Part shown: piece after piece, positions 39,616 through 53,486 of the stretch
Layout: each line of letters begins with the position of its first letter
Position numbering within the stretch: the stretch's first letter is position 1
NCBI GenBank assembly: GCA_951406725.2
Contig: OX597826.1
Span: forward strand, 25,606,001 to 25,670,000
Direction: 5' to 3'
DNA: 64,000 nucleotides
DNA from: Octopus vulgaris
Lineage: Eukaryota
Program-made: the position numbers and the translations under genes
The notes under the pieces: generated by a model
Seen by the model: the letters and a program-made list of their open reading frames with translations, nothing else
Database searches by the model: none
What the model was told of the DNA's origin: nothing

Positions 39616-41042
39616 CTATTAATATAAATATTATAAAAATATTATATTATTAATATCATATTACTATATTTTCTATGTATGCTCTGTTCTATGATTTATG
39701 TTTGATTTTGGTTCTTTGAAACCATTTTGTATGTGACCCGTTGCCAAATAAAGAAATCCGTTTTAGCGACTACGTAGATTCAAAAATAATTAGAGATAAG
39801 AGCTAACCACTCCAACACAGTTACCAGGGATTTTTGAACGACTAGAACTTGTGCTTCGATCGATGTTAGTACACCGATTACATAAGAACTCACTGTATAA
39901 TAGGATTTTCAAAAATATCAATCGATTTTACTTCTTAAATCCAAAGAACAGGAAATACGTGTGATGAAAGCTCAAGGGAATCAGAACAACATTCTGGAAC
40001 TGAAAACAACAACAACAACAACAACAGCAGCAACAACAACAATAACAATAACAGTAACAACAACAATAACAATAACAGTAACAACAACAGCAAGATGCAG
40101 CAGCAGCAGTAGCAACTGCAACAACAACAAAAACAACAATTACATTGCACATATCACAGCGTATGGCCATTTTTGCGGTAAAACATGGAAAAGAAAATAA
40201 TAATAAAAACTTCAAAGGATTTTTCGTATTTCCTCTACATGAATTCACCTCAAAGAATACCATTCCTTGAACTTTAAACATTCCAATGGCAATATGGAAG
40301 CCAATGAAGAAGCTTCTATTCTTGCAAGAAATAGCAACTAAATACCCCTCACAATGTATTGTAATGGTGGATTTGATAGTATAAAAGACGTATCAGCATA
40401 TTACACGCAAGCCCAAATTCAGCAGCGCATACTCCGACAAAAAAGTGAGAGTCGAGGACAAAATTAGCTTATGGGCAGCCCAACTTCGCAATATAGACAC
40501 ATAGATAGATACATACATACACACTTGCACACAAATACACGCACATATACACACACATGTGTATACATGCATATATTTACATTAACCCTTTACCCCTAAA
40601 AGAAAGAGACGCTGTAATTTCGATTCTGTTATTTCTTTTTCTCTTACCTCTCTTATTCATTTTCCTTCTTTTTGAGCCTTTGTTTAGGGGAGCAAAAAGT
40701 GAGACATATGTCATCATATGTAGTGCGTTGTAACCTTCGGAGCTCCTTTCAACGAAGTTTTTTTCGATCAAGGTTCGATGGTGGTGATCGGAGATAAGAA
40801 ACGTGAAATGAAGACATCGAAATGAAAGGATTTCCTTTGATTATATTTCAAAGTCATTGTTTTATTCTTTCACTCGTTTGAGTCATCAGACTGCGGTATC
40901 ACCGACGCAGCACCTCGAAGGATTTTATCGAGAAGATCGATCTATGTATGTATATGTATGTGTGCGCGCGCGCGTATGTGTGTGCGTTTGTGCGTGTGCG
41001 TATGTGTCTATATGTGTGTATATATATATATACATATGCATG

Positions 41043-41083
<41 letters not shown>

Positions 41084-41088
<5 letters not shown>

Positions 41089-41377
41089 CGTGACCGACCA
41101 GGCTATCAGATGTTGCTACACATCGCTGGTCACAATGCGCTTCGCATTGTTTTTTAGCCTTCAAAGGACGCCACCCCGCTGGCTAAGCGAGCAGGCCAAC
41201 AGAAGAAAGAGTGAGAGAAAGTTGTGGCGAAAGAGTACAGCAGGGATCGCCACCCACTGCCGGAGCCTCGTGGAGCTTTAGGTGTTTTCGCTCAATAAAC
41301 ACTCACAAGGCCCGGTCTGGGAATCGAAACCGCGATCCTACGACTGCGAGTCCGCTGCCCTAACCACTGGGCCATTG
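41084..41377 (-). mobile_element. SINE family C head with alternative tail
   Basis: Head matches 2069-2250; tail matches the orphan at 3535-3643. Confidence 0.8.
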
Positions 41378-41411
41378 TTCAGATAGTATTCCTACTATTT
41401 GCACCGGCCAT

Positions 41412-41456
<45 letters not shown>

Positions 41457-41572
41457 TATCGATACATGTATATATATATTTATATATACATATATACATA
41501 TGTATATATATATATATACACACACATATCGATACATATATATATATATTTATATATACATATAGACATATG

Positions 41573-41729
<157 letters not shown>

Positions 41730-41788
41730 GTATATGCCGGTGTAGATAGTATTAATACTATCTGCACCATTACACTATATATATATAT

Positions 41789-41843
<55 letters not shown>

Positions 41844-42593
41844 CACGTGTGTGTGTGTATATATATATACATACATATATATATATGCATACTATCTGTA
41901 CCAGGCACACGCATCAAGCATCATCGACCGGCATTGACTCTTATGTAAGTCCATCTTTTTTTCATCTCATCACCACCCATATTACATCTTCAAATCTTTC
42001 ATCATTACCATTGTGCTCTGCATTGATGTATTTATATTATCTTTTATTCATCTGAATAATACTTTCATTTTCTTTTTCTTTTCCATATAACAGGAACCTG
42101 CTTTCATTTCTTTATCAGCATCGATTAATAACCTTAGTAAAATAGGAAAAAAAAATTAATAATATCTCTCACATGTATATCAAATCTGACCCAATCTGCC
42201 CTCCAAATGCAAATTTAGCTCTTCTTTAACTCTCATTGATTTTAAATATTTTCGTGAAGAATATCAAGACATAAAAATCATCTGTTTTTATCTTATTTCA
42301 ACTCCTCGTATTACTATTTCAGTTATTGCTGCAATAAAATTAACTCATTGCCTTTCAAATGTTTCATTATACTGTCATGTGATATCGTGGTATCGGCTTG
42401 CTTTCGCGCTGGTACAACATCTTATTTCGCTTTCCACATTCGTTTTATTTCTCTCGTTCTTTCTATATTTTGTATACGTTTTTGCAGAATGGCTAGACTA
42501 AGATACATTCATGTCGTTTCCTTCTCCCCAACCCCTTATACATACATACATACATACATACATACATACATACATACATACACACACACATAC

Positions 42594-42648
<55 letters not shown>

Positions 42649-42761
42649 TATATACATTACACAGAAAGACCACAAAATGACGTACATAAAAGACATGGAC
42701 ACGCCCCTCCTTCAACAACTATTGACTAAGTCATAACAATTTTGTGCCATTATCAATAACC

Positions 42762-42828
<67 letters not shown>

Positions 42829-42999
42829 CATCATCATCCAGCCAGCCAGCCAGCCAGTCATCCGTCTACCTGTCCCTCTATTTGTCTGTCGTCTATGTAT
42901 GTATGTATGTATGTATGTATGTATGTATGTATGTATGTATGTATGTATGTATATATGTATGTATGTATGTATGTATCTGTCTGTCTGTCAGTTGTCTTT

Positions 43000-43741
<742 letters not shown>

Positions 43742-44025
43742 TTGTCTGTCTGTCTGTCTGTCTGTCTAAGAAAATGAAAAGACAAATGAACAAACGATTA
43801 TCTTATGAGCGTCATTCCACCAAAAAATGTCTACCCACTCTAGGAAAGAAAAATCTGTATAAATATTTAACTTGTATAAGTGCCTCTATAAATATAGGTA
43901 CTTCTTTCGGTGTTTTATCAAATTGCGATAAAACTGAATAAATTGCAATAACACTGAATTAAAATAATTACACAGATTTTTCCTTTCCTGAAGTATGTAC
44001 AACACTATTTTCGGTGAACTCTGTG

Positions 44026-44057
<32 letters not shown>

Positions 44058-44758
44058 TGTATGTATGTATGTATGTATGTATGTATGTATGTATGTATAT
44101 ATCAAAAAGCACCAAAAAGCACCAAAAAGCACCAAAAAGCAATTGTCTTCTAATTTACCTAAAATCCCATCCCATATCTCTGTTTCTATTCATTTATTCT
44201 ATTTATTCATTTATTTATTTTCTCACTGTTTCTTCTCATTTCAAAAAATACTCTGGCCTTTTGACCACTTCCCTAAGAACAATAGCTTGTACCCTGTTTA
44301 TCTCCTAAATACCAACCTACCCCAAAAACGTCCCCCACCACCACTCCATTAAATCTGCCTAAATGCATAAATGCCAGAACTTATTTTGACAGCCAGCTTC
44401 CTGAAGATTTCATCTGAATGAAACAGTTCTAGTCCTGTAGAAGCTCCTTCTATAAAATAAATAAATATATATATATATATATGTTTCTTTATTAGCCACA
44501 CAGGGCTGCACACAGACAGGACAAATTACAAGGTAGAGCTTTTCTTTTGGGGGTAAAAAAAGGGGGGTTGATTTTCCATCAAAAGGGATCGTAAAAGGAA
44601 AGAAAGAGGACAAAAAAGGGGGGATAAAATAAAAAAAATAATAAAAAATAAAAAAAGGGGGGGAAGGGAAAGGAAAAAAAATTGATCAAAAGGGATCGTT
44701 ATCACAGAAGTGTCAATATGAAGTGTAAAAGGGAGGACAGGTGAGGTTTACCCGTGGA

Positions 44759-44830
<72 letters not shown>

Positions 44831-45459
44831 AACTTAGTTGGAATAGGGTGCATGGCGTTCGATCATATAATAATATAAATAATATATAAATATATGCATG
44901 TATATACACATATATGTACATACCTATACATGTATATATACATGCATATATGGGTACAAGACATCAGAAAAACGTAGACAGAATGAGAAACGAGAACATA
45001 AATAACAAAAACATAGAAAACGAACTTTTTTTTCGAACAACGAAAAAAACAAACAGAGAAACGAGACAGGCAACATAAAGAACATTCTCTTCATCAGTTG
45101 TCCCCTATTTTATCTACTTCACGTTCGAAGGTAGAGACAAAACACGACTTCGTTAAAGCAATCCTTCCCGCAAAGCAGTTTGCGGAGGGTGAAAGTGGTA
45201 ACAAAAACAGGACAGTGTGAGAAGGATTGCTTTAACGAAGTCGCGTCTTGTCCTTACCGGTTTCTAACACAGATCCAAATCTCCTTCATTGGAATTTCAA
45301 CAACATCGACGTGGTATTTTTGCATGTATGTATGTATATGTGCAACATTCGGAGCCAGTGCATGAGCGAATTTGTATGTTTTGTTTTATGTATGTATTCT
45401 CATGCATATAGTTGCATGTCTACACATGTGCATATGAATATATACTTAAATGATGAACC

Positions 45460-45730
45460 TTTGGAAAGTTTAACAAACTTTTATAGTTCCAGTGATGGCT
45501 TGGATCTGAAATCTTCGAATTAGCTTTCTCCTTTCAGGTTTTGAGAAGCCTAATTTCTCAAGATTGGTATTTAGGCAGAGTGTAACAGATACCTCAGCGC
45601 TCCAGTAATTACAGGTATAAACTTGAACTTGTAATCTGGATAAAGTAACTGCAGACTTCTTAATAGTTCAGCGTAGGAGCTTTCTTTTTCGCTGATTTTT
45701 AGCTTTATGTTAACATTCGCTAGGCAGCTG
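45460..45730 (-). pseudogene. RLE non-LTR retrotransposon C-terminal fragment
   Basis: KISEKESSYAELL..LYPDYKFKFIPVITGAL resembles the K..KY..L...P...GA.G motif of RLE domains. Confidence 0.6.
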
Positions 45731-45854
45731 GTGTATGTATGTATGTATGTATGTATATATAGAACATACACAAATATATACATACATACATATGTATATG
45801 TGTGTGTGTAGGTGGGTTTCTGTGTGTGTTGAGATGCATGCACAAATATATGCA

Positions 45855-45893
<39 letters not shown>

Positions 45894-45903
45894 TTTATTT
45901 AGG

Positions 45904-45982
<79 letters not shown>

Positions 45983-46290
45983 TTACATATATACATAAGC
46001 GTGTGTGTGTGTTAGTGCGTGTGTGTGTGTGTGTGTGTGATATTTCTAGAAATGAGAAATTATGATATACGGAGAAGGCGAGATGTTCCCGCCGTGCACG
46101 CCAAAACTTTCATCGCAAAGAATTGCTCTACTGATACAAGATAACATAAACATTCTATATATACTCCGAGATTCTTCCATGCTACATCGTCGTCATTCCA
46201 AAGTCTTCAGAACATTCTTCACTCACTGTATGTGTATGTGTATGTATATATACATACACGCACGCACGCACACACACACACAGACACACA

Positions 46291-46361
<71 letters not shown>

Positions 46362-46485
46362 AGATAGAGAAACACATACATGTACATAGACATCCAAATA
46401 CACACCTACATATACTTACACACATGTATGTATTGACTGACGGAAAAGCAAAGTGCTCTCCATCTGGTATAAGTGATCTTGTGTT

Positions 46486-46541
<56 letters not shown>

Positions 46542-46542
46542 G

Positions 46543-46576
<34 letters not shown>

Positions 46577-47036
46577 GACTACTACTACTACTACTACTGC
46601 TGCTGCTGTTGCTACTGCTACTACTACTACTGCTGCTGCTGCGGCTGTTGCTGCTGCTGCTACTACTACTACTACTACTACTACTACTGCTGCTGCTGCT
46701 TCTGCTACTACAACTACTATTACTACTAGTAATACTACTAGTAGTAGTACTACCATAAGTACTACTACTACTACTACTACTACTAACAGTACTACTACTA
46801 CTAGTACTACTGCTGCTGCTACTACTACTTCTACTGCTGCTGCTGCTTCTTCTACTGCTGCTACTGCTACTTCTACTGCTGCTGCTGCTACTACAACAAC
46901 TACTACTACTACTTCTACTACTACTACTGCTATTGTTACTGCTGCTGCTACAACAGCAACAACAACAACTACTACTACTTCTACTACTACTACTACTGCT
47001 ATTGTTACTGCTGCTGCTACAACAGCAACAACAACA

Positions 47037-47075
<39 letters not shown>

Positions 47076-47082
47076 GCTACTG

Positions 47083-47138
<56 letters not shown>

Positions 47139-47140
47139 AC
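46486..47140. repeat. Compound (CTA)/(CTG)/(CAA) trinucleotide array
   Basis: Directly visible; includes an internal ~55-bp duplication. Confidence 0.95.
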
Positions 47141-47399
47141 GCGCTAAAGTAGTAGAATCCATAGTTAGAGCGACGGACAAAATGCTTTATCCGACTCCTC
47201 ATAGTCTATATAGAAATCCTACGGAGCTCGCCTTTGCGCTTCGTCTTTCCGGAGATCAATAAAATAAAATACTGGTTGAGCATTGGAGTCGCTGTAATCG
47301 ACTTGCCCCTCCCCCCCAAAACAATTGGTCCTGTGCCAAACTATGAAACCGTTATTGTACGAGTGAGGTGGATGGTAAGAACAGCAAATGACATTCTTT

Positions 47400-48410
47400 T
47401 ATCATTTATCTTTTGCTTGTTTCTGTCATTAGACTGCGGCCATGCTGGGGCACTACCCTGAAGAACACTTAGTCGAATGAGTCAACCCTAGTACTTATTA
47501 CTTTTTGTTAAGCCTGGTACTTATTCTATCGGTCTCTTTTTGTCGAACCGCTATGTTACCAAGAGGTTAACACAGCAACACCAGTTGTGAAGCTGTGGTA
47601 GCGGGGCAAACACACACACACACACACACATACACACACACATACGCACACATACAAGGGGCTTCTTTCAGTTTCAGTCTACCAAATCCATTCACAAGGC
47701 TTTGGTCGGCCCAAGGCTTTAGCAGAAGACACTTGCCCAAGATGCCACGTAGGGGGTCTGAACCCTGAACCATGTGGTTACGGAGCAAGCTACTTACCTC
47801 ACAGCTACGCCTGCAACAATTATCTATGTTTTCGTTCTGTGTTCTAATCTGATGTGACTTTGCTTTTTCGTATTCTTGGAGTCGCTAAAATAAAGAGCTG
47901 ATCATGTCATTGTGTAGATTTTATTGGGTAATCGCTCTCCTGAAATTTCTGTGTTTATACAGCTGTGGCTGTGTAAATAGGCGCAGGTGTGGCTGTGTGG
48001 TAAGAAGCTTGCTTCCCAACCACATGGCTCCAGGTTCAGTCTCACTGCGCAGCACCTTGGGCAAGTGTCTTCTACTATAGCCTCGGGCAGACCTAAGCCT
48101 TGTGAGTAGATTTGGTAGATGGAAACTGAAAGAAGCCCGTCGTATGTACATGTGTGTGTGCATATAAGTGTGAATATATTTATGTGTGAATGTCTGCGTG
48201 TATGCGTTGCCCCCCCCCATAATCGCTTGACAATCGGTGTTGGTGTGTTTATGTCCTCGTAACTTAACGGTTTGGCATAAGAGACCGATAATGTGAGTAC
48301 TAGGCTTTAAAATAAGTCCTGGGGTAGATCTGTTCGACTAAAATCCTTCAAGGTTGTGCTCCAGCATGGCCGTAGTCAAATGATTGAAACAAATAAGAGA
48401 ATGAAAGAAA
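47400..48410. mobile_element. Two head-to-head SINE family A copies (47400-47815 minus, 47980-48410 plus)
   Basis: Both match family A. Confidence 0.8.
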
Positions 48411-49294
48411 AAAGAACGCATGTGCAAAATCTTCTTCGAAGACTATGATGAGAGAAGTGGGGGGAGGAGAAGGAAGGAGGAGCTGAAGGAGAAGGAAAAA
48501 GTGAGAAAGAGAATGAGGTGGAGGAAGAAGGGAAGAAGTGGGAAAGAGGAAGGGGATAAGGGGGATGGAGAAGAAGGAGGGCAGAGACAACAGTGGAAAA
48601 GGAAGAGAGGAATAAGAGGAGAATAAGTATAAAAAGAAGAAAAGAAGAAAAAGTATACTGAGGAAAGTGATGATGATGAGAAGTAGAAGGAGGAGAAGAC
48701 GAAGAAGAAGAAGAAGAAGAAGAAGAAGAAGAAGAAGAAGAAGAAGAAGAAGAAGAAGAAGAAGAAGAAGAAGGAGAAGAAGAAGAAGAAGAAGAAGAAG
48801 AAGAAGAAGAAGAAGAAGAAGAAGAAGAAGAAGAAGAGAAAAAGAAGAAGAAATCGGGGAAACAATAAAAAATAAGAGTACAAACCCTGACGATGGGTGT
48901 CGGGGATCAAGTGTTTTGCGATGTGGTGCAGGTTTGTGAAATTTTATCAATTCGGTGGAGAGGCTTCAGTCACTTTTCGTATATTATTTTTCTCTTTTAC
49001 TTTTGCTGGTTTATGTTGCATGGTTTTCGCTTAACCGCTGTAGCTGCTGGTTGCAATATTTGTGAATATAACTGTAACGGCGTATAACATGTTTTGCTTT
49101 ACTTGGTGCCACCAGCTGTTGAGAAATAATCTTGTAATTATAGACTAATTAATGACAGATTTATTAAAGTGTACAATATATAAACATATATATTCGTACA
49201 AACCTAATTTTTAAAACATTTGACCTATACGTATAGTTAAATCGTCAAACATACTCCTACAGTTGGAGAATTAATTATTATTGCTGCACATTAG

Positions 49295-50530
49295 CGCGGT
49301 GAGGTGGCAGAATCGTTAGAACGCTGGGCAAAATGCTTCATCGGATTTTGTCAGTCTTTAGGTTATGAGTTCGAATTCCACCGAGGTCGACTTTGCTTTT
49401 CATCCTTTTGTGGGGGTGGGGGGTTTGATAAAATAAGTACCCGCTTACCCGAAATTGCTGGCCTTGTGCCAAAATTTGAAATTATTACTACTGTACATCA
49501 GAAAGCGGTGAGCTGGCAGAAACGTTAGCACGCCGGGCGAAATGCTTAGAGGTATTTTGTCTGCCGCTACGTTCTGAGTTCAAATTCCGCCGAGGTCGAC
49601 TTTGCCTTTCATCTTTTCGGGGTCGATTAAATAAGTACCAATTACGCACTGGGGTCGATATAATCGACTTAATCCATTTGTCTGACCTTGTTTGTCCTCT
49701 CTGTGTTTAGCCCCTTGTGGATAGTAAAGAAATAGGATAGTAAAGAAATAGGTATTTCGTCTGCCGTTACGTTCTGAGTTCAAATTCCGCCGAGGTCAAC
49801 TTTACCTTTCATCAATAAATTAAGTACCAGTTACGTACTGGCGTCCAGGTAATCGACTTAATCCGTTTGTCTGTCCTTGTTTGTCCCCTCTATGTTTAGC
49901 CCTTTTTGGGAAATAAAGAAATAAGAATCGTTAGAACGCTGGGCAAAATGCTTCATCGCATTTTGTCATTCTTTACGTTCTGAGTTCAAATTCCGCCGAG
50001 GTCGACTTTGTCTTTCATCCTTTCGGAGTTGATAAAATAAGTACCAGTTGTGTACTGAGATCGATGTAATCAACTTCCCCCTCTTACCCGAAATTGCTGG
50101 CCTTGTGCCAAAATTTGAAATGATTGCTACTGTACATCAGAAGGTGTTGAGGTGCCAGAATCGTTGGCACGTAGGGCAAAATGCCTCGCGGTATTTCGTT
50201 AGTTTTAACGTTCTGAGTTCAAATTCCGCCGAGGTCGACTTTGCACTTCATCGTTCCGGAGTCGATAAATTACGTACCAGTTGAGTACTGGGGTCGATGT
50301 AATCGGCTTATCTCCTCCTCCGAAATTGCTGGCCTTGTTTCCAAAATTTGAAACCAATATTACTGTACATGAAGAGGGTGAGCTGGCAGTTTCGTTGAGC
50401 GTCTGACGAAAAGTTTATTCCGGCTCTAATTTCAAATCCTGTCGAGGGTCAATAAAAATATTACCAGCCAAGTATTGGAGTCGATGTTATTGACTATGCC
50501 CGCCCTTTAAGGTTGCTGGCCTTGTGCCTT
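49295..50530 (+). mobile_element. Second head-to-tail cluster of SINE family B
   Basis: About 6 units in the same orientation. Confidence 0.82.
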
Positions 50531-50922
50531 AGTTAAGAAGAAAACAACAAAAACTTTTAAGGGTCATGGATGATATGTCATGGTGGGCAGATAGCAGAAC
50601 CATTACAGCGCCGGAAGAAATGCTTAGTGGTATTTATTCCGGATCTTTACATAATTGACATACCCCCACCCTTCAAAATTACTGGCCTTATGCCAAAAGT
50701 AGAAAGAATTATTACAGTAATCCCTCGCCATATCGCGGTTCACCTATCGCTGTTTATTATTTAAGCTTACGTCGATTCCTCTGTGGTGTTGTTTTGCATT
50801 TATAATGAAATAAATATATACAAATTATAAAAATAAATAAAAAAAAGTATACAATAGAGTACTGTTTCTACATCGCGGATTTTCACATATCGCGTGGGGT
50901 TTTGGATCGTAACACTCGCGAT

Positions 50923-52818
50923 AGGCGTAGGGGTAGCTGTGTGGTAAGTAGCTTGCTTCCGCATCTGCGCATTGGTGTTTTGCTTCAACACTTGAACAAG
51001 GAGGACATGCTCCGTCCGAAAACTGAAAATTAAGAAGTCCGTTCAAGGTAGGTGAATTTGTTTGTTTTGAGCTGGGCGTGATTTATTGTTTTGGAATTTT
51101 TTTTCAGTAAATTTCGTCCAGCTTTGGGACAATTTCGCCTGCTCTCGGCGACTATTGTGATTTTTGCTTGTTGAAAAAATGTTGGGGCGTATCCCCGCCC
51201 CAAAATTGAAGTTTGTTCCAGTCATTGAAAATTTTTGTGTTCCATTGTGGCGAAGATTCGTCTTTTGTGGATTTAAGATTCCAGCTCGGCGTACCAGCCA
51301 AAGAAGAGGGCCAGGAGTACCTGTGACCAGAATTGTGTAGTTGCCATTTGGAACAATATTTTTTATTTCTTCCGTATTTTTTCTTTTGTTTTTTGAACTT
51401 TTCTTTTCTGTTTTCTTTTGTCTTATTTTTTACTATTTATTTTTCGTTCGGACATTTTTTTTCTGTCTAGTGTATTTCTATTTTTGTGGACATTTGAACT
51501 TTCTTCCTCATGGCGATAAAGAATGGTGCCGCTGCTTTGGAGTGGGAGATTGTCCCACCCAAGCAGTGGTTAAAAGATATGGAGGAGAGGACGGTGGTGG
51601 TTAGAACTTATTCTAAAGTTCTTGATTCCATCACCGTCTTCCCCAAACCAGTTATAGAAAATGAACTGAAAGACTATTTCTCCTCTGTGAAATAAATATC
51701 CCGTATGGTTGCTGTTTGACAACCGGGAAAAGGCTCACAAATTTGCGAGTCAGCCCTTAGAGGACAACGAAATTCTGTTCTTCTCGCCGTACTGCAGGAG
51801 GAAATTAATAAGAGCCTGGGTATGTGGGTTATCCCCAGGCACCAAGGTGGGTTGGATTGAAGATACCATCCGACGGGGACTGGGGGATAGCGGGCCCAGG
51901 CTCTTCAACCCAAAAAGGATTAAAAAGGAAGAAGGTGGGCAACAATAGTTGCCCGCGGAAGAACCCTAATGCTTCGGGAGGTTGGGGAGAGACTCCGGAC
52001 AAAGCAGAAGAGCTCCACTCTCCTGAAATCAGGAAGAAAAGAAAAAAAGAAAGAAGAACCGGTCATCGCAGGGTGGAGATGATGTGCCATCTGCATGTCC
52101 CGAAGTTGTGCCACCCACGGGATGCCGAATGGCCTCCGCAGATAGCTGTGGAGGTCATAAGGTTTCCCTTGTGGGAAAGGCTTAAAGGATTTGGGGAGGA
52201 GTGTCGCATATGGCCGGGTGGCCCTTACACGACTTACATGTCTTACATGAATGAGGCATGGGAAATGGCGGGATACAGGAACTCAAGCGGCATTGAAGAT
52301 AATGATGAATATATCGATGGATATATCGATGGATATATCGATGAGTAGGAGGTGAAAAAGCCTCGTCAGAGGGTTTGAAAACTCATGTTATTGTATTATT
52401 TGTGAGGGTTTATAACCTCAATTGTGTGTTTAAAAAAAACATGTTAAGAAAGAGGTTTTAGTGCGTCCTTCTTGTAAGAGGTTTGAAACATCATATTGAT
52501 TTTTAATAAAAGAAAATACGTTTTCGAGAAAAATCCAATCGGCGGGTGTTGGGTTTCGTCTCTCATTTATTCATTCTATTTCGTTTTCATTCATTAATGT
52601 GTTTGTCCAGCCCGCAAAGCTACACAATCTTTGTACTGTCTATATGACAAATTTTATGAAATAAAGTAGCTTGCTTACGAACCACATGGTTCCGGGTTCA
52701 GTCCCACTGTGTGGCACCTTGGGCAAGTGTCTTCTACTATAGCCTTGGGCCGACCAAAGCCTTGTGAGTGGATTTGGTAGACGGAAACTGAAAGAAGCCC
52801 GTTGTATATATGTATATA

Positions 52819-52888
<70 letters not shown>

Positions 52889-53097
52889 TGTGTCTGTGTT
52901 TGTTCCCCCAACATCGATTGACAACCGATACTGGTGTGTTTACGTCCCCGTAACTTAGCGGTTCCGCAAAAGAGACAGATAGAATAAGTACTAGGCTTAC
53001 AAAGAATAAGTCCTGGGGTCGATTTGCTCGACTAAAGGCGGTGCTCCAGCCTGGCCACAGTCAAATGACTGAAACAAATAAAAGATAAAAGAAAAGA
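50923..53097 (+). mobile_element. SINE family A split by a 1.7-kb insert (50923-50961 + 52664-53097)
   Basis: Head resumes after the duplicated AAGTAGCTTGCTT(C/A)CG. Confidence 0.82.
50962..52663 (+). mobile_element. 1.7-kb non-autonomous retroelement with a single disrupted ORF (51510-52348), no RT
   Basis: 16-bp TSD with one mismatch (50946-50961, 52664-52679); AATAAA at the 3' junction; ORF broken by a stop and frameshifts. Confidence 0.7.
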
Positions 53098-53269
53098 GAT
53101 AGTCGAGGTATTACTGCATTCTTTTCAAAGCGATGAGCTGCAGAATTGTCAGTACATCAGACAAGGAAGCTTAGCGGCATTTCTTCCGGTTGTTTACATC
53201 CTGAGTCCAAATCTTGCCTATTCCCAAAGCATTTGTCCCAAAGACAAATTTTGTCTGGTTCCCAAAGCA

Positions 53270-53486
53270 TCAAGCGCCGAAAATGAACTTTCTTATCTTC
53301 CATTTTAAAGGGTTACAAAATTAACACAGTTTATAGGAATATAAACCTTCTTCCTCGAAAAGATATCTTATACTGTGCTCTAAATGGAGGTGTAGTCAAA
53401 TCCTATTTTATGGACTCAACCATGTTCTAAAATAAGTCGAAAGGTAAGCTACTATAAATCGGCACAAACTTTCCGGACAACCCAAT
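53270..53486. mobile_element. Possible mariner-like terminal fragment
   Basis: Reverse complement reads TATTGGGTTGTCCGGAAAGTTTGTGCCGATTT, like mariner TIRs; no partner end found. Confidence 0.4.

Larger units (their letters stand above)
50715..53116. mobile_element. pogo/Tigger-like MITE (~230 bp) split by a SINE
   Basis: TA-CAGTAATCCCTCG at 50713; CGAGGTATTACTG ending at 53116. Confidence 0.7.

Noticed and set aside
46232-47262. Ser/Thr/Ala/Cys-rich mucin-like ORFs
   Set aside because: Pure trinucleotide array open in several frames on both strands; no splice or domain context.
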